Both the position numbers and the translations under genes were made by a program. Below the pieces are notes generated by a model. The model was not told where the DNA came from and did no database searches. It worked only from the letters and a program-made list of their open reading frames with translations. Below, piece by piece: positions 25,887 to 41,248 of a DNA stretch of 64,000 bases. Origin of the DNA: Tubulanus polymorphus (Eukaryota; Animalia; Nemertea). Location of the stretch: positions 124,001 through 188,000 of the forward strand of contig NC_134033.1 of assembly GCF_964204645.1 (NCBI RefSeq), in the 5' to 3' direction. The first letter of the stretch is position 1, and each line of letters opens with the position of its first letter.

Positions 25887-27602
25887 TGTGCGGTCTGAAG
25901 TATCTAGAGGTCACCAAGACTCAACATTACCCCTTTCATATCATTCGAGGTCAAGTTCTATATTTATGTGACAAATATCTATGAAACATTTTGCTCAAAT
26001 AAATTCATTCTGTTTTCATATGGATGAAAATAAGTGTAGTTATTCATTTCAGTTTTAAATTCGTCTCTGTTTTGAGGAATTACTATTTTCCCCGAACTCA
26101 GATCCAGAATATCACCTTGCCATCACCATGACAACGCACCAGTCAAAACAAACAAATATCATTCAGAAATGAAGCCCTGTAGATTCTTGGTTTCAAGTTA
26201 CTCTATTTTGGTTGAGTAGATTCTGAATGATGCAAAGTTAACTAGAGACACTGGTTTTACCAAAATCATCTCTGGAAGACAGTGCCAATCCTGGAAGGGT
26301 TTTAACAGTCACTCAGATATTGTGTTCCACTGCATTCAGATCAAACCAACAGTTCACACTCAATTTGAGAAATATTTTGTCTTAATGTAAAATAAATTTC
26401 ACGTTTAATTTGACACTGAAGATATAAATTTCTAAATTTCCAATAGATGGCACCTGTGATATACAGTATATTCGTAGTAATCCAATAATTTGGTGGTTCA
26501 GCAGAAATCCAATAGGTGGCGATCATGTCGTAATAACTATTCATCAGTATATATCAGACACCCTGGTTTATCATCTGATCAAAATCACTGGTTTTGAACT
26601 TGGAACATCCTAAAAATCCTCTAAACAGCATGAAACATCACAGTCATTTAGAATCAATAATTCATTCATTTGACGCGCAGTCAATTTCAGGTTAAGACGT
26701 GTCGCAGGTTTCAGTTATTGAGATCCTCCTCCATTAGACTGAAAATAAATCAAACAACATTCATTATAACATCATTAGAGCAATTCAAAAAAATCATATC
26801 AAATATTCGATATAAATAAGAGTAACTAAACAAACCTGATTTAAACATCACCTTCTTTTGAGAAGAATAAACAAAACTCTAGCGTTACGCCTACATCTGA
26901 AATAATACAAAACACTGAATATCATTATTTCTTCATCAGATAAAAAATGAAAACAGATTCAACAAGATTCAAAATGCTTTTAGTGCCAACAATTTTCAGT
27001 GTTAATATCTTTTTTTCATACAAGACTTAACGGTAAATTGGTTCAGACTTAGAGCAGGGAACACTATATGAATTTATTCCCACATCGTCTGAAATTACAG
27101 ATTTCACAATGAAATTTGCAGCGTGTTCGTTGCTCAGCTGCAGGTGAATCGCACCATTCAAACATGTTTGATATTTCCACAGTTAATTTCATCGCAGCAA
27201 AATTTTTGTTTAGTCCCAAACACAGTAAATTGAGCCGCAATCTTTGACAAGCTTTCAAATCATGACGGCATCAATGATTTGAGAACGGCGCTGAAAACCT
27301 GCTTGGATTTCGGTTAACTCTGTTTTAAAACACCACAGTTTTTAACTTCAAAACTGTTTCTACAAATCTACTGTCGGTTTTTATTCATCGACTAGAAGTG
27401 GTGCAACGCCGTGCATATCACAGCAGTTTGTGTCAGTTGCATTGAAAGCAACTGTTGGCCTACCGTAGGCCGGAGTAGAACACGGGCAACTAGCCCAATA
27501 CGGCTTGCGACGAGTCGGTAGGCGTCGGGTTGCCGTTGCAAGCCGGCTTACGTCGAACAGATAGAGCAGCAACTGGAGATTGTAGTCGGGAAAATCTCTT
27601 AC

Positions 27603-29375
27603 CTGTTTTGGAATCCCCTCGGTCCGGCAACGGCACTTCCCGATAAACTACCGTTCAAACTGGAGCCAGCAATCGCTCTGTTACTGGCCGATTAGCGATC
27701 GCTCTCATCGCGGATTATCCCGACTCGGTCGATGAGGCTTCCGCTAGCGCTAAGACTGCCAGTCATAGCCATAGACATCTCACCGATACTAGGTCCGATA
27801 CTGGGGTTCGCTATCCGGTGACTGGTCGTTTCTATACTGTGAGAATCAGCTACAACAAATATAAACATTCACTCATACTAGTACTGAATTAACTTAAATG
27901 ACGTCATAGGGGGATTCATATAGCAGCCACACCAGACAACATGGCTTTATCAGTCAATCCCCTTATGACATCATCAAATTATCTTTCTCTTTCTGGCAAG
28001 TCTATATAAAACGTAGAAAAGTTAGCCACCTCCAATAAATCCGCCTATGACATCATCAAATTATCCCTTCAGAATCCTAGAAAGACAGCTGATTCCGGAC
28101 CCTGCACTATATGAAAAGTATGGTTTAAGTACTTACGGGCGTAAGGCCCCGATGGGCCACTTCCTTCGTTCTGTTCGAACTCAAATCGAACTCCGCCCGG
28201 AGTTAGTCGTCGATACGCCGCAACCACCGCTGCGACACAGCGATATCGGTACCACGCCGTAAACATACGCCAATAATATCGGTACACCGATACCAACGGC
28301 TAAACTAGCGACAACTGGCGCTACGATAACAGACGCAGTTACACCACCGGCTATTACCATATTCCTCTTGTGCTGTGGTAGGTGACCGTAACGTGTGTGT
28401 AACTGAAACACAAGATAAACACATGAGAAATAGCATTTTTCATAGTAAAATTTGCAATAAAAATCTAGCGCGTGGTGGATTTAGGTTCCAATCTCTGTTT
28501 CTGACTAGCGCCATCAAACGAGTAATTTCAGAACTTGAATTTGTCGATATCCTGTATTTCACCCGCTAAGCCTTATCATATGTCCTTGTCATTACGGTTA
28601 AATGACAGTAACCACTTGATACAGTTTATGCGCAGTATTTAGAACTAGGATTTTGACAAAAAAGGATTTATTACTTCTAAGTGTTGGTTATTCAACGTCA
28701 CTCTGTGAATTCAATTCGAATACAGTCTATATTCAATCCCAGTTTTTGGCTATATTCAATTATTGAAAAACTGGGATTGGGATTGACTGGAATTGACTTT
28801 GTATTGAGTTTAACAGTTGTGTGGGTTTAATTTCAACATGAAAGGACATTTCAAAGGACATAATGATATCTGTAATGAGGCATTCAATGAATGAACACTT
28901 TGAATCCCAGTTCATCTGTTTGGGTTAAATTTCTTTAGTTCAAAAATTTCCTCAAATTGAAAAACTGTAGTCAGAAAGCTGACCTACCACACATATTAAG
29001 CTATCATTTTATGTCTCACGTGGTCACCCTGTGTGGTAGGCCTCACGTATAAAAGACTTTCAGTGTCCATGCGTATATGTACTCGGAATTCAGACCAAAA
29101 ACGACCTTTTGGGCACGAGGCCCTTGTGACTCGTGTGGAAATATAATAATGATCACTAAATTCAGATTCTCACAGACAGACGGCAGATGGATTCCTAATA
29201 TTAGTCGATAATTTACCTTGCGTCCGACCCAGACGGGATCCCTATGATCATCGCGGGAACTGCGACTCCAGCAACGAGTCCGATACCGACCGGAGCGCCA
29301 ACTAACGTGCCGAGTTGCCACAATATCTTCTTTCGGCTCCATGGCTTTTTACCCCAGAAAGTGCAGCCAGACGGA
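27603..29375 (-). pseudogene. RNF19: RNF19 partial gene copy 2
   Basis: Same three exons with the shared frameshift and TAA. Extra 1-bp deletion in the first exon (CGGGATCCC vs CGGGAATCCC, ~29238). Confidence 0.92.
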
Positions 29376-31142
29376 CTGAAAATCAACATAATCGACTAAA
29401 TTATTACTCAATTTCTAAGGACTTATAAACCTATATCATCGATTAAACATCATTAGAGCAATTCACAATCAAATCAAATTAAATCATATCAAATATTCGA
29501 TATAAATAAGAGTAACTAAACAAACCTGATCTAAACATCACCTTCTTTTGAGTAGAATAAACAAAACTCTAGCGTTACGCCTACATCTGAAATAATACAA
29601 AACACTGAAAATCATTATTCCTTCATCAGATAAAAAATGAAAACAGATTCAACAAGATTCAAAATGCTTTTAGTCTCAAGAATTTTCAGTGTCACAATCT
29701 TTTTTTCATACAAGACTTAACGGTAAATTGGTTCAGACTTAGAGCAGGGAACACTATATCTTTGAAAATATGTTGGCATCAATGATTTGAGAACGGCGCT
29801 GAAAACCTGCTTGGATTTTGGTTAACTCGATTTTAAGACATCACTGAAACTGGTTTCTAGAGGTCTGTGATTCGGGCCTGAGATATATCTACCTGAATTG
29901 AGGGATCACTTGTTCACTTCATCGCCAAACAGTTATTCCTTGAACTTCCTGATGACTGCAGTTAATTAGTAGAGCTTCACCCTGAAATAAACATAGAAAC
30001 CTGTCAGAGAAAGCACTTTTTACTGAATGACGGTTTTACAGCACGCATCAGTGAATAGAGATCGCTGCTGCTCGTGGGGTTAAACCGGAGTGTTTTATGT
30101 CGCTCTCCATCTCGAATCACCTTCATACATCACAAGTATTCGATTCATAAGTAAATTTACTTACTGTATTTCAATGTTGAAATGGTTTGAAGACATTCTG
30201 TCGCTTCTGCGTTGAAAGAGAAGCTTCTAAATATTTCAAGTGAAAATTGGGATTGATTCGTCCGCCATCATTCTTAAATGGGACATACTTCACTTGGGAG
30301 GGCTAGTTCTGTAGACCGCGCAGATCGAGGTCGACTAGGACTCAGCGGCAAGAGCGCTCCGGGCACCGACTAAAGAGTTCACGGTAGTGCCCGCGGTAGA
30401 CTTAACATGCCGCTCCGAATTGATAGTTGCTGGAAATAATACCACGAAATTAGAAATTTGTAGCGATTTCCGTGCAATAGTTGAACAGATGAATGTCCTA
30501 CTAAAATCCTGCAACAAATTGGCATCAATCTGAACGGGATAAATAAGTTCATACACAAACACCGTCCTATGGACTGGGTGTAAAGCGGGACTCGACACTT
30601 CCCGGTTGGAGTAAATATCTAACAGGTGGTGCTCCGGTAGATTTTGTGAAACAGCTGATGACATTTTCATGATCTTTAGACGAGTTTGATCGCCGTTTTA
30701 CCGTCGTGGAATGGCACCTATTGTGAAAACTGATTAGGTGTGAAGTGATGCAATGACATTCAGTTGAAGTCAAACGACGAGAAGGGCTCCGAGACTGATT
30801 TGGACTTTACGAGAGGAATAAACTATTTTTGAGGTATCAAGATGGATCTGGCACAGAGCCAAAGCCGGCAAACTGACTTATGAATTTTATTTCTGTGTTG
30901 TTGATAATCTCGCGAGACAAGCGCTAATATTGTATAAATCTAGTTTCGTTCTCGCGAGATTATCAACAATCCGGAAATAAAGTGCAACCTGATTTAGAAG
31001 GCCCGCCCAGCCCGGGGGCGCAAACCCTATTGATATTGATGAAAGCAAAATACTTGACTGTTTTTAGAGTAAAAATACAGATATCTTTTCTTCATCTATT
31101 TATAGACTGATTCTGAAGAAGAGGAGAACACAAATAACAGTT

Positions 31143-31143
<1 letters not shown>

Positions 31144-31196
<53 letters not shown>
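31144..31196. repeat. (CAT)n microsatellite; length differs per unit (also ~19745, 25843, 36482, 42396)
   Basis: About 17 repeats here versus about 6-14 in the paralogous units. Confidence 0.95.
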
Positions 31197-32911
31197 TGCG
31201 CGGTCTGAAGTATCTAGAGGTCACCAAGACTCAACATTACCCCTTTCATATCATTCGAGGTCAAGTTCTATATTTATGTGACAAATATCTATGAAATATT
31301 TTGCTCAAATAAATTCATTCTGTTTTCATATCGATGAAAATAAGTGTAGTTATTCATTTCAGTTTTAAATTCGTCTCTGTTTTGAGGAATTACTATTTTT
31401 CCCGACATCAGATCCAGAATATCACCTTGCCATCACCATGACAACGCACCAGTCAAAACAAACAACAATCATTCAGAAATGAAGCCCTGTAGATTCTTGG
31501 TTTCAAGTTTCTCTATTTTGGTTGAGTAGATTCTGAATGATGCAAAGTTAACTAAGACACTGGTTTTATCAAAATCATCTCTGGAAGACAGTGTCAATCC
31601 TGGAAGGGTTTTAACAGTCACTCAGATATTGTGTTCCACTGCATTCAGATCAAACCAACAGTTCACACTCAACTTGAGAACTATTTTGTCTTAATGTAAA
31701 ATAAATTTCACGTTTAATTTGACACTGAAGATATAAATTTCTAAATTTCCAATAGATGGCACCTGTGATATACAGTATATTCGTAGTAATCCAATAATTT
31801 GGTGGTTCAGCAGAAATCCAATAGGTGGCGATCATGTCGTAATAACTATTCATCAGTATATATCAGACACCCTGGTTTATCATCTGATCAAAATCACTGG
31901 GTTTGAACTTGGAACATCCTATAAATCCTCTAAACAGCATGAAACATCACAGTCATTTAGAATCAATAATTCATTCATTTGACGCGCAGTCAATTTTAGG
32001 TGTAGACGTGTCGCAGGTTTCAGTTATTGAGATCCTCCTCCATTAGACTGAAAATAAATCAAACAACATTCATTATAACATCATTAGAGCAATTCAAAAA
32101 AATCATATCAAATATTCGATATAAATAAGAGTAACTAAACAAACCTGATTTAAACATCACCTTCTTTTGAGAAGAATAAACAAAACTCTAGCGTTACGCC
32201 TACATCTGAAATAATACAAAACACTGAATATCATTATTTCTTCATCAGATAAAAAATGAAAACAGATTCAACAAGATTCAAAATGCTGTTAGTGTCAAGA
32301 ATTTTCAGTGTTACAATTTTTTTTCATACAAGACTTAACGGTAAATTGGTTCAGACTTAGAGCAGGGAACACTATATGAATTTATTCCCACACCGTCTGA
32401 AATTACAGATTTCACAATGAAATTTGCAGCGTGTTCGTTGCTCAGCAGCAGGTGAATCGCACCATTCAAACATGTTTGATATTTCCACAGTAAATTTCAT
32501 CGCAGCAAAATTTTTGTTTAGTCCCAAACACAGTAAATTGAGCCGCAATCTTTGACAAGCTTTCAAATCATGACGGCATCAATGATTTGAGAACGGCGCT
32601 GAAAACCTGCTTGGATTTTGGTTAACTCGGTTTTAAAACACCACAGTTTTTAACTTCGAAACTGTTTCTACAAATCTACTGTGGGTTTTTATTCATCGAC
32701 TAGAAGTGTTGCAAAGCCGTGCATATCACAGCAGTTTGTGTCAGTTGCGATCCAAAGCAACTGTTGGCCTACTGTAGGCCGGAGTAGAACATGGGCAACT
32801 AGCCGGATACGGCTTGCGACGAGTCGGTAGGCGTCGGGTTGCCGTCGCAAGCCGGCTTATGTCGAACAGATAGAGCAGCAACTGGAGATTGTAGTCGGGA
32901 AAATCTCTTAC

Positions 32912-34710
32912 CCGTTTTGGAATCCGCTCGGTCCGGCAACGGCGCTTCCCGATAAACTACCGTTCAAACTGGAGCCAGCAATCGCTCTGTTACTGGCCGA
33001 TTAGCGATCGCTCTCATCGCGGATTATCCCGACTCGGTCGATGTGGTTTCCGCTAGCGCTAAGACTGCCAGTCATAGCCATAGACAACTCACCGTTACTA
33101 GGTCCGATACTGGGGTTCGCTACCTGGTGACTGGTCGTTTCTATACTGTGAGAATCAGCTACAACAAATATAAACATTCACTCATACTAGTACTGAACTA
33201 ACTTAAATGACATCATAGGGGGATTTATATAGCAGCCACACCAGACAACATGGCTTTATCAGTTAATCCCCTTATGACATCATCAAATTATCTTTCTCTT
33301 TCTGGCAAGTCTATATAAAACGTAGAAAAGTTGGCCACCTCCAATAAATCCCCCTATGACATCATCAAATTATCCTTTATGAATCCTAGAAAGACAGCTG
33401 ATTCCGGACCCTGCACTATATGAAAAGTATGGTTTAAGTACTTACGGGCGTAAGGCCCCGATGGGCCACTTCATTCTGTTCGAACTCAAATCGAACTCCG
33501 CCCGGAGTCAGTCGTCGATACGCCGCAACCACCGCTGCGACACAGCGATAACGGTACCACGCCGTAAACATACGCCAATAATATCGGTACACCGATACCA
33601 ACGGCTAAACTAGCGACAACTGGCGCTACGATAACAGACGCAGTTACACCACCGGCTATTACCATATTCCTCTTGTGCTGTGGTAGGTGACCGTAACGTG
33701 TATGTAACTGAAACACAAGATAAACACATGAGAAATAGCATTTTTCATAGTAAAAATCTCGCGCAGGGTGGATTTAGGTTCCAATTTCTGTTTCTGACTA
33801 GCGCCATCAAGCGAGTAATTTCAGAACTTGAATTTGTTGATATCCTGTATTTCACCCGATAAGCCTTATCATATGTCCTTGTCATTACGGTTAAATGACA
33901 GTAACCACTTGATACAGTTTATGCGCAGTATTTAGAACTAGGATTTTGACAAATAAAATCAATAAGGATTTATTACTTCTAAGTGTTGGTTATTCAACGT
34001 CACTCTGTGAATTCAATTCGAATACAGTCTATATTCAATCCCAGTTTTTGGCTGTATTCAATCCCAGTTTTTGGCTATATTCAATTATTGAAAAACTGGG
34101 ATTGGGATTGACTGGAATTGACTTTGTATTGAGTTTTACAGTTGTGTGGGTTTAATTTCAACATGAAAGGACATTTCAAATGACATAATAAATAATATCT
34201 GTAATGAGGCATTCAATAAATGAACACTTTGAATCCCAGTTCATCTGTTTGGGTTAAATTTCTTTAGTTCAAAAATTTCCTCAAATTGAAAAACTGTAGT
34301 CGGAAAGCTGACCTACCACACATATTAAGCTATCATTTTATGTCTCACGTGGTCACCCTGTGTGGCAGGCCTCACGTATAAAAGACTTTCAGTTATGTGT
34401 CCATGCGTATATGTTCTCGGAATTCAGATCAAAAACGACCTTTTGGGCACGAGGCCCTTGTGACTCGTGTGGAAATATAATAATGATCACTAAATTGAGA
34501 TTCTCACAGACAGACGGCAGATGGATTCCTAATATTAGTCGATAATTTACCTTGCGTCCGACCCAGACGGGAATCCCTATGATCATCGCGGGAACTGCGA
34601 TTCCAGCAACGAGTCCGATACCGACCGGAGCGCCAACTAACGTGCCGAGTTGCCACAATATCTTCTTTCGGCTCCATGGCTTTTTACCCCAGAAAGTGCA
34701 GCCAGACGGA
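32912..34710 (-). pseudogene. RNF19: RNF19 partial gene copy 3
   Basis: Same exons ([27 protein letters not shown]...). Shared lesions plus a 4-bp deletion near 33472. Confidence 0.92.
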
Positions 34711-37700
34711 CTGAAAATCAACATAATCGACTAAATTATTACTCAATTTCTAAGGACTTATAAACCTTTATCATCGATTAAACATCATTAGAGCAATTCA
34801 CAATCAAATCAAATTAAATCATATCAAATATTCGATATAAATAAGAGTAACTAAACGAACCTGATCTAAACATCACCTTCTTTTGAGTAGAATAAACAAA
34901 ACTCTAGCGTTACGCCTACATCTGAAATAATACAAAACACTGAAAATCATTATTCCTTCATCAGATAAAAAATGAAAACAGATTCAACAAGATTCAAAAT
35001 GCTTTTAGTGTCAAGAATTTTCAGTGTCACAATCTTTTTTTCATACAAGACTTAACGGTAAATTGGTTCAGACTTAGAGCAGGGAACACTATATCTTTGA
35101 AAATATGTTGGCATCAATGATTTGAGAACGGCGCTGAAAACCTGCTTGGATTTTGGTTAACTCGATTTTAGGACACCACTGAAACTGGTTTCTAGAGGTC
35201 TGTGATTCGGGCCTGAGATATATCTACCTGAATTGAGGGATCACTTGTTCACTTCATCGCCAAACAGTTATTCCTTGAACTTCCTGATGACTGCAGTTAA
35301 TTAGTAGAGCTTCACCCTGAAATAAACATAGAAACCTTTCAGAGAAAGCACTTTTTACTGAATGACGGTTTTACACGCATCAGTGAATAAAGATTGCTGC
35401 TGCTCGTGGGGTTAAACCGGAGTGTTTTATGTCGCTCTCCATCTCGAATCACCTTCATACATCACAAGTATTCGATTCATAAGTAAATTTACTTACTGTA
35501 TTTCAATGTTGAAATGGTTTGAAGACATTCTGTCGCTTCTGCGTTGAAAGAGAAGCTTCTAAATATTTCAAGTGAAAATTGGGATTGATTCGTCCGCCAT
35601 CATTCTTAAATGGGACATACTCCACACTGAGGAGGGCTAGTTCTGTAGACCGCGCAGATCGAGGTCGACTAGGACTCAGCGGCAAGAGCGCTCCGGGCAC
35701 CGACTAAAGAGTTCACGGTAGTGCCCGCGGTAGACTTTACATGCCGCTCCGAATTGATAGTTGCTGGAAATAATACCACGAAATTAGAAATTTGTAGCGA
35801 TTTCCGTGCATTAGTTGAACAGATGAATGTCCTACTAAAATCCTGCAACAAATTGGCATCAATCTGAACGGGATAAATACGTCCGGACACAAACACCGTC
35901 CGATTGACTGGGTGTAAAGCGGGACTCGACACTTCCCGGTTGGAGTAAACATCTAACAGGTGGTGCTCCGGGAGATTTTGTGAAACAGCTGATGACATTT
36001 TCATGATCTTTAGACGAGTTTGATCGCCGTTTTACCGTCGCTGAATGGCACCTATTGTGAAAACTGATTAGGTGTGAAGTGATGCAATGACATTCAGTTG
36101 AAGTCAAACGACGAGAAGGGCTCCGAGACTGATTTGGACTTTACGAGAGGAATAAACTATTTTTGAGAAGGTATCAAGATGGATCTGGCACAGAGCCAAA
36201 GCCGGCAAACTGACTTATGAATTTTATTTCTGTGTTGTTGATAATCTCGCGAGACTAGCGCTAATATTGTATAAATCTAGTTTCGTTCTCGCGAGATTAT
36301 CAACAATCCGGAAATAAAGTGCAACCTGATTTAGAAGGCCCGCCCGGCCCGGGGGCGCAAACCCTATTGATATTGATGAAAGCAAAATACTTGACTGTTT
36401 TTAGAGTAAAAATACAGATATCTTTTCTTCATCTATTTATAGACTTATTCTGAAGAAGAGGAGAACACAAATAACAGTTTTCATCATCATCATCATCATC
36501 ATCATCATCTGCGCGGTCTAAAGTATCTAGAGGTCACCCAGACTCAACATTACCCCCTTCATATCATTCGAGGTCAAGTTCTATATTTATGTGACAAATA
36601 TCTATGAAGTATTTTGCTCAAATAAATTCATTCTGTTTTCATATCGATGAAAATAAGTGTAGTTATTCATTTCAGTTTTAAATTCGTCTCTGTTTTGAGG
36701 AATTACTATTTTTCCCGACATCAGATCCAGAATATCACCTTGCCATCACCATGACAACGCACCAGTCAAAACAAACAACAATCATTCAGAAATGAAGCCC
36801 TGTAGATTCTTGGTTTCAAGTTTCTCTATTTTGGTTGAGTAGATTCTGAATGATGCAAAGTTAACTAAGACACTGGTTTTATCAAAATCATCTCTGGAAG
36901 ACAGTGCCAATCCTGGAAGGGTTTTAACAGTCACTCAGATATCGTGTTCCACTGCATTCAGATCAAACCAACAGTTCACACTCAACTTGAGAACTATTTT
37001 GTCTTAATGTAAAATAAATTTCACGTTTAATTTGACACTGAAGATATAAATTTCTAAATTTCCAATAGATGGCACCTGTGATATACAGTATATTCGTATT
37101 AATCCAATAATTTGGTGGTTCAGCAGAAATCCAATAGGTGGCGATCATGTCGTAATAACTATTCATCAGTATATATCAGACACCCTGGTTTATCATCTGA
37201 TCAAAATCACTGGGTTTGAACTTGGAACATCCTAAAAATCCTCTAAACAGCATGAAACATCACAGTCATTTAGAATCAATAATTCATTCATTTGACGCGC
37301 AGTCAATTTCAGGTGTAGACGTGTCGCAGGTTTCAGTTATTGAGATCCTCCTCCATTAGACTGAAAATAAATCAAACAACATTCATTATAACATCATTAG
37401 AGCAATTCACAAAAATCATATCAAATATTCGATATAAATAAGAGTAACTAAACAAACCTGATCTAAACATCACCTTCTTTTGAGAAAAATAACCAAAACT
37501 CTAGCGTTACGCCTACATCTGAAATAATACAAAACACTGAAAATCATTATTTCTTCATCAGATAAAAAATGAAAACAGATTCAACAAGATTCAAAATGCT
37601 TTTAGTGTCAAGAATTGTCAGTGTTACAATTGTTTTTTCCTACAAGACTTAACGGTAAATTGGTTCAGACTTAGAGCAGGGAACACTATATGAATTTATT

Positions 37701-38227
37701 CCCACACCGTCTGAAATTACAGATTTCACAATGAAATTTGCAGCGTGTTCGTTGCTCAGCTGCAGGTGAATCGCACCATTCAAACATGTTTGATATTTCC
37801 ACAGTAAATTTTGTCGCAGCAAATATTTTTGCTAAGTCCCAAACACAGTAAATTGAGCCGCAATCTTTGACAAGCTTTCAAATCATGACGGCATCAATGA
37901 TTTGAGAACGGCGCTGAAAACCTGCTTGGATTTCGGTTAACTCGGTTTTAAAACACCACAGTTTTTAACTTCGAAACTGTTTCTACAAATCTACTGTGGG
38001 TTTTTTATTCGTCGACTAAAAGTGGTGCAACGCCGTGCATATCACAGCAGTTTGTGTCAGTTGCGATCGAAAGCAACTGTTGGCCTACCGTAGGCCGGAG
38101 TAGAACACGGGCATCTAGCCCGATACGGCTTGCGACGAGTCGGTAGGCGTCGGGTTGCCGTCGCAAGCCGGCTTATGTCGAACAGATAGAGCAGCAACTG
38201 GAGATTGTAGTCGGGAAAATCTCTTAC

Positions 38228-40023
38228 CTGTTTTGGAATCCGCTCGGTCCGGCAACGGCGCTTCCTGATAAACTACCGTTCAAACTGGAGCCAGCAATCG
38301 CTCTGTTACTGGCCGATTAGCGATCGCTCTCATCGCGGATTATCCTGACTCGGTCGATGTGGCTTCCGCTAGCGCTAAGACTGCCATTCATAGCCATAGA
38401 CATCTCACCGATACTAGGTCCGATACTGGGGTTCGCTACCCGGTGACTGGTCGTTTCTATACTGTGAGAATCAGCTACAACAAATATAAACATTCACTCA
38501 TACTAGTACTGAACTAACTTAAATGACGTCATAGGGGGATTTATATAGCAGCCACACCAGACAACATGGCTTTATCAGTTAATCCCCCTATGACATCATC
38601 AAATTATCTTTCTCTTTCTGGCAAGTCTATATAAAACGTAGAAAAGTTGGCCACCTCCAATAAATCCCCCTATGACATCATCAAATTATCCCTTATGAAT
38701 CCTAGAAAGACAGCTGATTCCGGACCCTGCACTATATGAAAAGTATGGTTTAAGTACTTACGGGCGTAAGGCCCCGATGGGCCACTTCCTTCGTTCTGTT
38801 CGAACTCAAATCGAACTCCGTCCGGAGTCAGTCGTCGATACGCCGCAACCACCGCTGCGACACAGCGATATCGGTACCACGCCGTAAACATACGCCAATA
38901 ATATCGGTACACCGATACCAACGGCGACAACTAGCGACAACTGGCGCTACGATAACAGACGCAGTTACACCACCGGCTATTACCATATTCCTCTTGTGCT
39001 GTGGTAGGTGACTGTAACGTGTATGTAACTGAAACACAAGATAAACACATGAGAAATAGCATTTTTCATAGTAAAATTTGCGATAAAAATCTAGCGCGTG
39101 GTGGATTTAGGTTCCAATTTCTGTTTCTGACTAGCGCCATCAAGCGAGTAATTTCAGAACTTGAATTTGTTGATATCCTGTATTTCACCCGATAAGCCTT
39201 ATCATATGTCCTTGTCATTACGGTTAAATGACAGTAACCACTTGATACAGTTGATGCGCAGTGTTTAGAACTAGGATTTTGACAAATAAAATCAATAAGG
39301 ATTTATTACTTCTAAGTGTTGGTTATTCAACGTCACTCTGTGAATTCAATTCGAATACAGTCTATATTCAATCCCAGTTTTTGGCTATATTCAATTATTG
39401 AAAAACTGGGATTGGGATTGACTGGAATTGACTTTGTATTGAGTTTTACAGTTGTGTGGGTTTAATTTCAACATGAAAGGACATTTCAAATGACATAATA
39501 AATAATATCTGTAATGAGGCATTCAATAAATGAACACTTTGAATCCCAGTTCATCTGTTTGGGTTAAATTCCTTTAGTTCAAAAATTTCATCAAATTGAA
39601 AAACTGTAGTCAGAAAGCTGACCTACCACACATATTAAGCTATCATTTTATGTCTCACGTGGTCACCCTGTGTGGTAGGCTTCACGTATAAAAGACTTTC
39701 AGTTATGTGTCCATGCGTATATGTTCTCGGCATTCAGACCAAAAACGACCTTTTGGGCACGAGGCCCTTGTGATTCGTGTGGAAATATAATAATGATCAC
39801 TAAATTGAGATTCTCACAGACAGACGGCAGATGGATTCCTAATATTAGTCGATAATTTACCTTGCGTCCGACCCAGACGGGAATCCCTATGATCATCGCG
39901 GGAACTGCGATTCCAGCAACGAGTCCGATACCGACCGGAGCGCCAACTAACGTGCCGAGTTGCCACAATATCTTCTTCATTCGGCTCCATGGCTTTTTAT
40001 CCCAGAAAGTGCAGCCAGACGGA
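38228..40023 (-). pseudogene. RNF19: RNF19 partial gene copy 4
   Basis: Same exons and shared lesions, plus an extra +1 frameshift at ~38926 (ACGGCGACAACTAG vs ACGGCTAAACTAG). Confidence 0.92.
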
Positions 40024-40919
40024 CTGAAAATCAACATAATCGACTAAATTATTACTCAATTTCTAAGGACTTATAAACCTTTATCATCGATTAAACATCA
40101 TTAGAGCAATTCACAATCAAATCAAATTAAATCATATCAAATATTCGATATAAATAAGAGTAACTAAACGAACCTGATCTAAACATCACCTTCTTTTGAG
40201 TTGAATAAACAAAACTCTAGCGTTACGCCTACATCTGAAATAATACAAAACACTGAATATCATTATTTCTTCATCAGACAAAAAATGAAAACAGATTCAA
40301 CAAGATTCAAAATGCTTTTAGTGCCAAGAATTTGTTACAATCTTTTTCTCATACAAGACTTAACGGTAAATTGGTTCAGACTTAGAGCAGGGAACACTAT
40401 ATGAATTTATTCCCACACCGTCTGAAATTACAAATTTAACAATGAAATTTTCAGCGTGTTCGTTGCTCAGCTGCAGGTGAATCGCACCATTCAAACATGT
40501 TTGATATTTCCACAGTAAATTTCATCGCAGCGAAATTTTGCAAAGTCCCAAACACAGTAAATTGAGCCGCAATCTTTGACAAGCTTTCAAATCATGATGG
40601 CATCAATGATTTGAGAACGGCGCTGAAAACCTACTTGGATTTTGGTTAACTCTGTTTTAAAACACCACTGAAACTGGTTTGTAGAGGTCTGTGATTAGGG
40701 CCTAAGATATATCTACCTGAATCGAGGGATCACTTGTTCACTTCATCGCCAAACAGTTATTCCTTGAACTTCCTGATGACTGCAGTTAATTAGTAGAGCA
40801 TCACCCTGAAATAAACATAGAAACCTGTCAGAGAAAGCACTCTAAAATCCAGGGTATCCACGGAGTCAAATGCTCCATCTGTATTGATAGTAATAGTTTA
40901 GGCCTCGATCCACTCTTTA

Positions 40920-41248
40920 CAGGGGCGGAGCACGTGCTCCTGTCGCAAATTCTGAGTGCCCTGTTTGAAAAAAGTGCGTAAAAAATTTTTCATTCCATAA
41001 AGTTCATTATCACATTGTTTCCATATTAATAAATTCCCATCTCTTAAAGAATTGTTGCAGAATGTCATTTTTGTGTCTCAGGTGCCTGGAAATTGCATTA
41101 AAATAGGTTGAAATTCAAAAATTTTCTGGGGGCCCCGCGAATGCTTCGCGCCTTCGACGCTCGCCTGTCATGGATAGTGCCATTTCTTTAGATTGCCCTT
41201 TTTTTAATTCTGTGCAGCTGTCATTGTCTGCCTCTAGATCTGCCCCTG
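40920..41248. mobile_element. CAGGGGCGG-type MITE (unit 4)
   Basis: Termini CAGGGGCGGA...GATCTGCCCCTG; paralogous to 24358-24701. Confidence 0.7.
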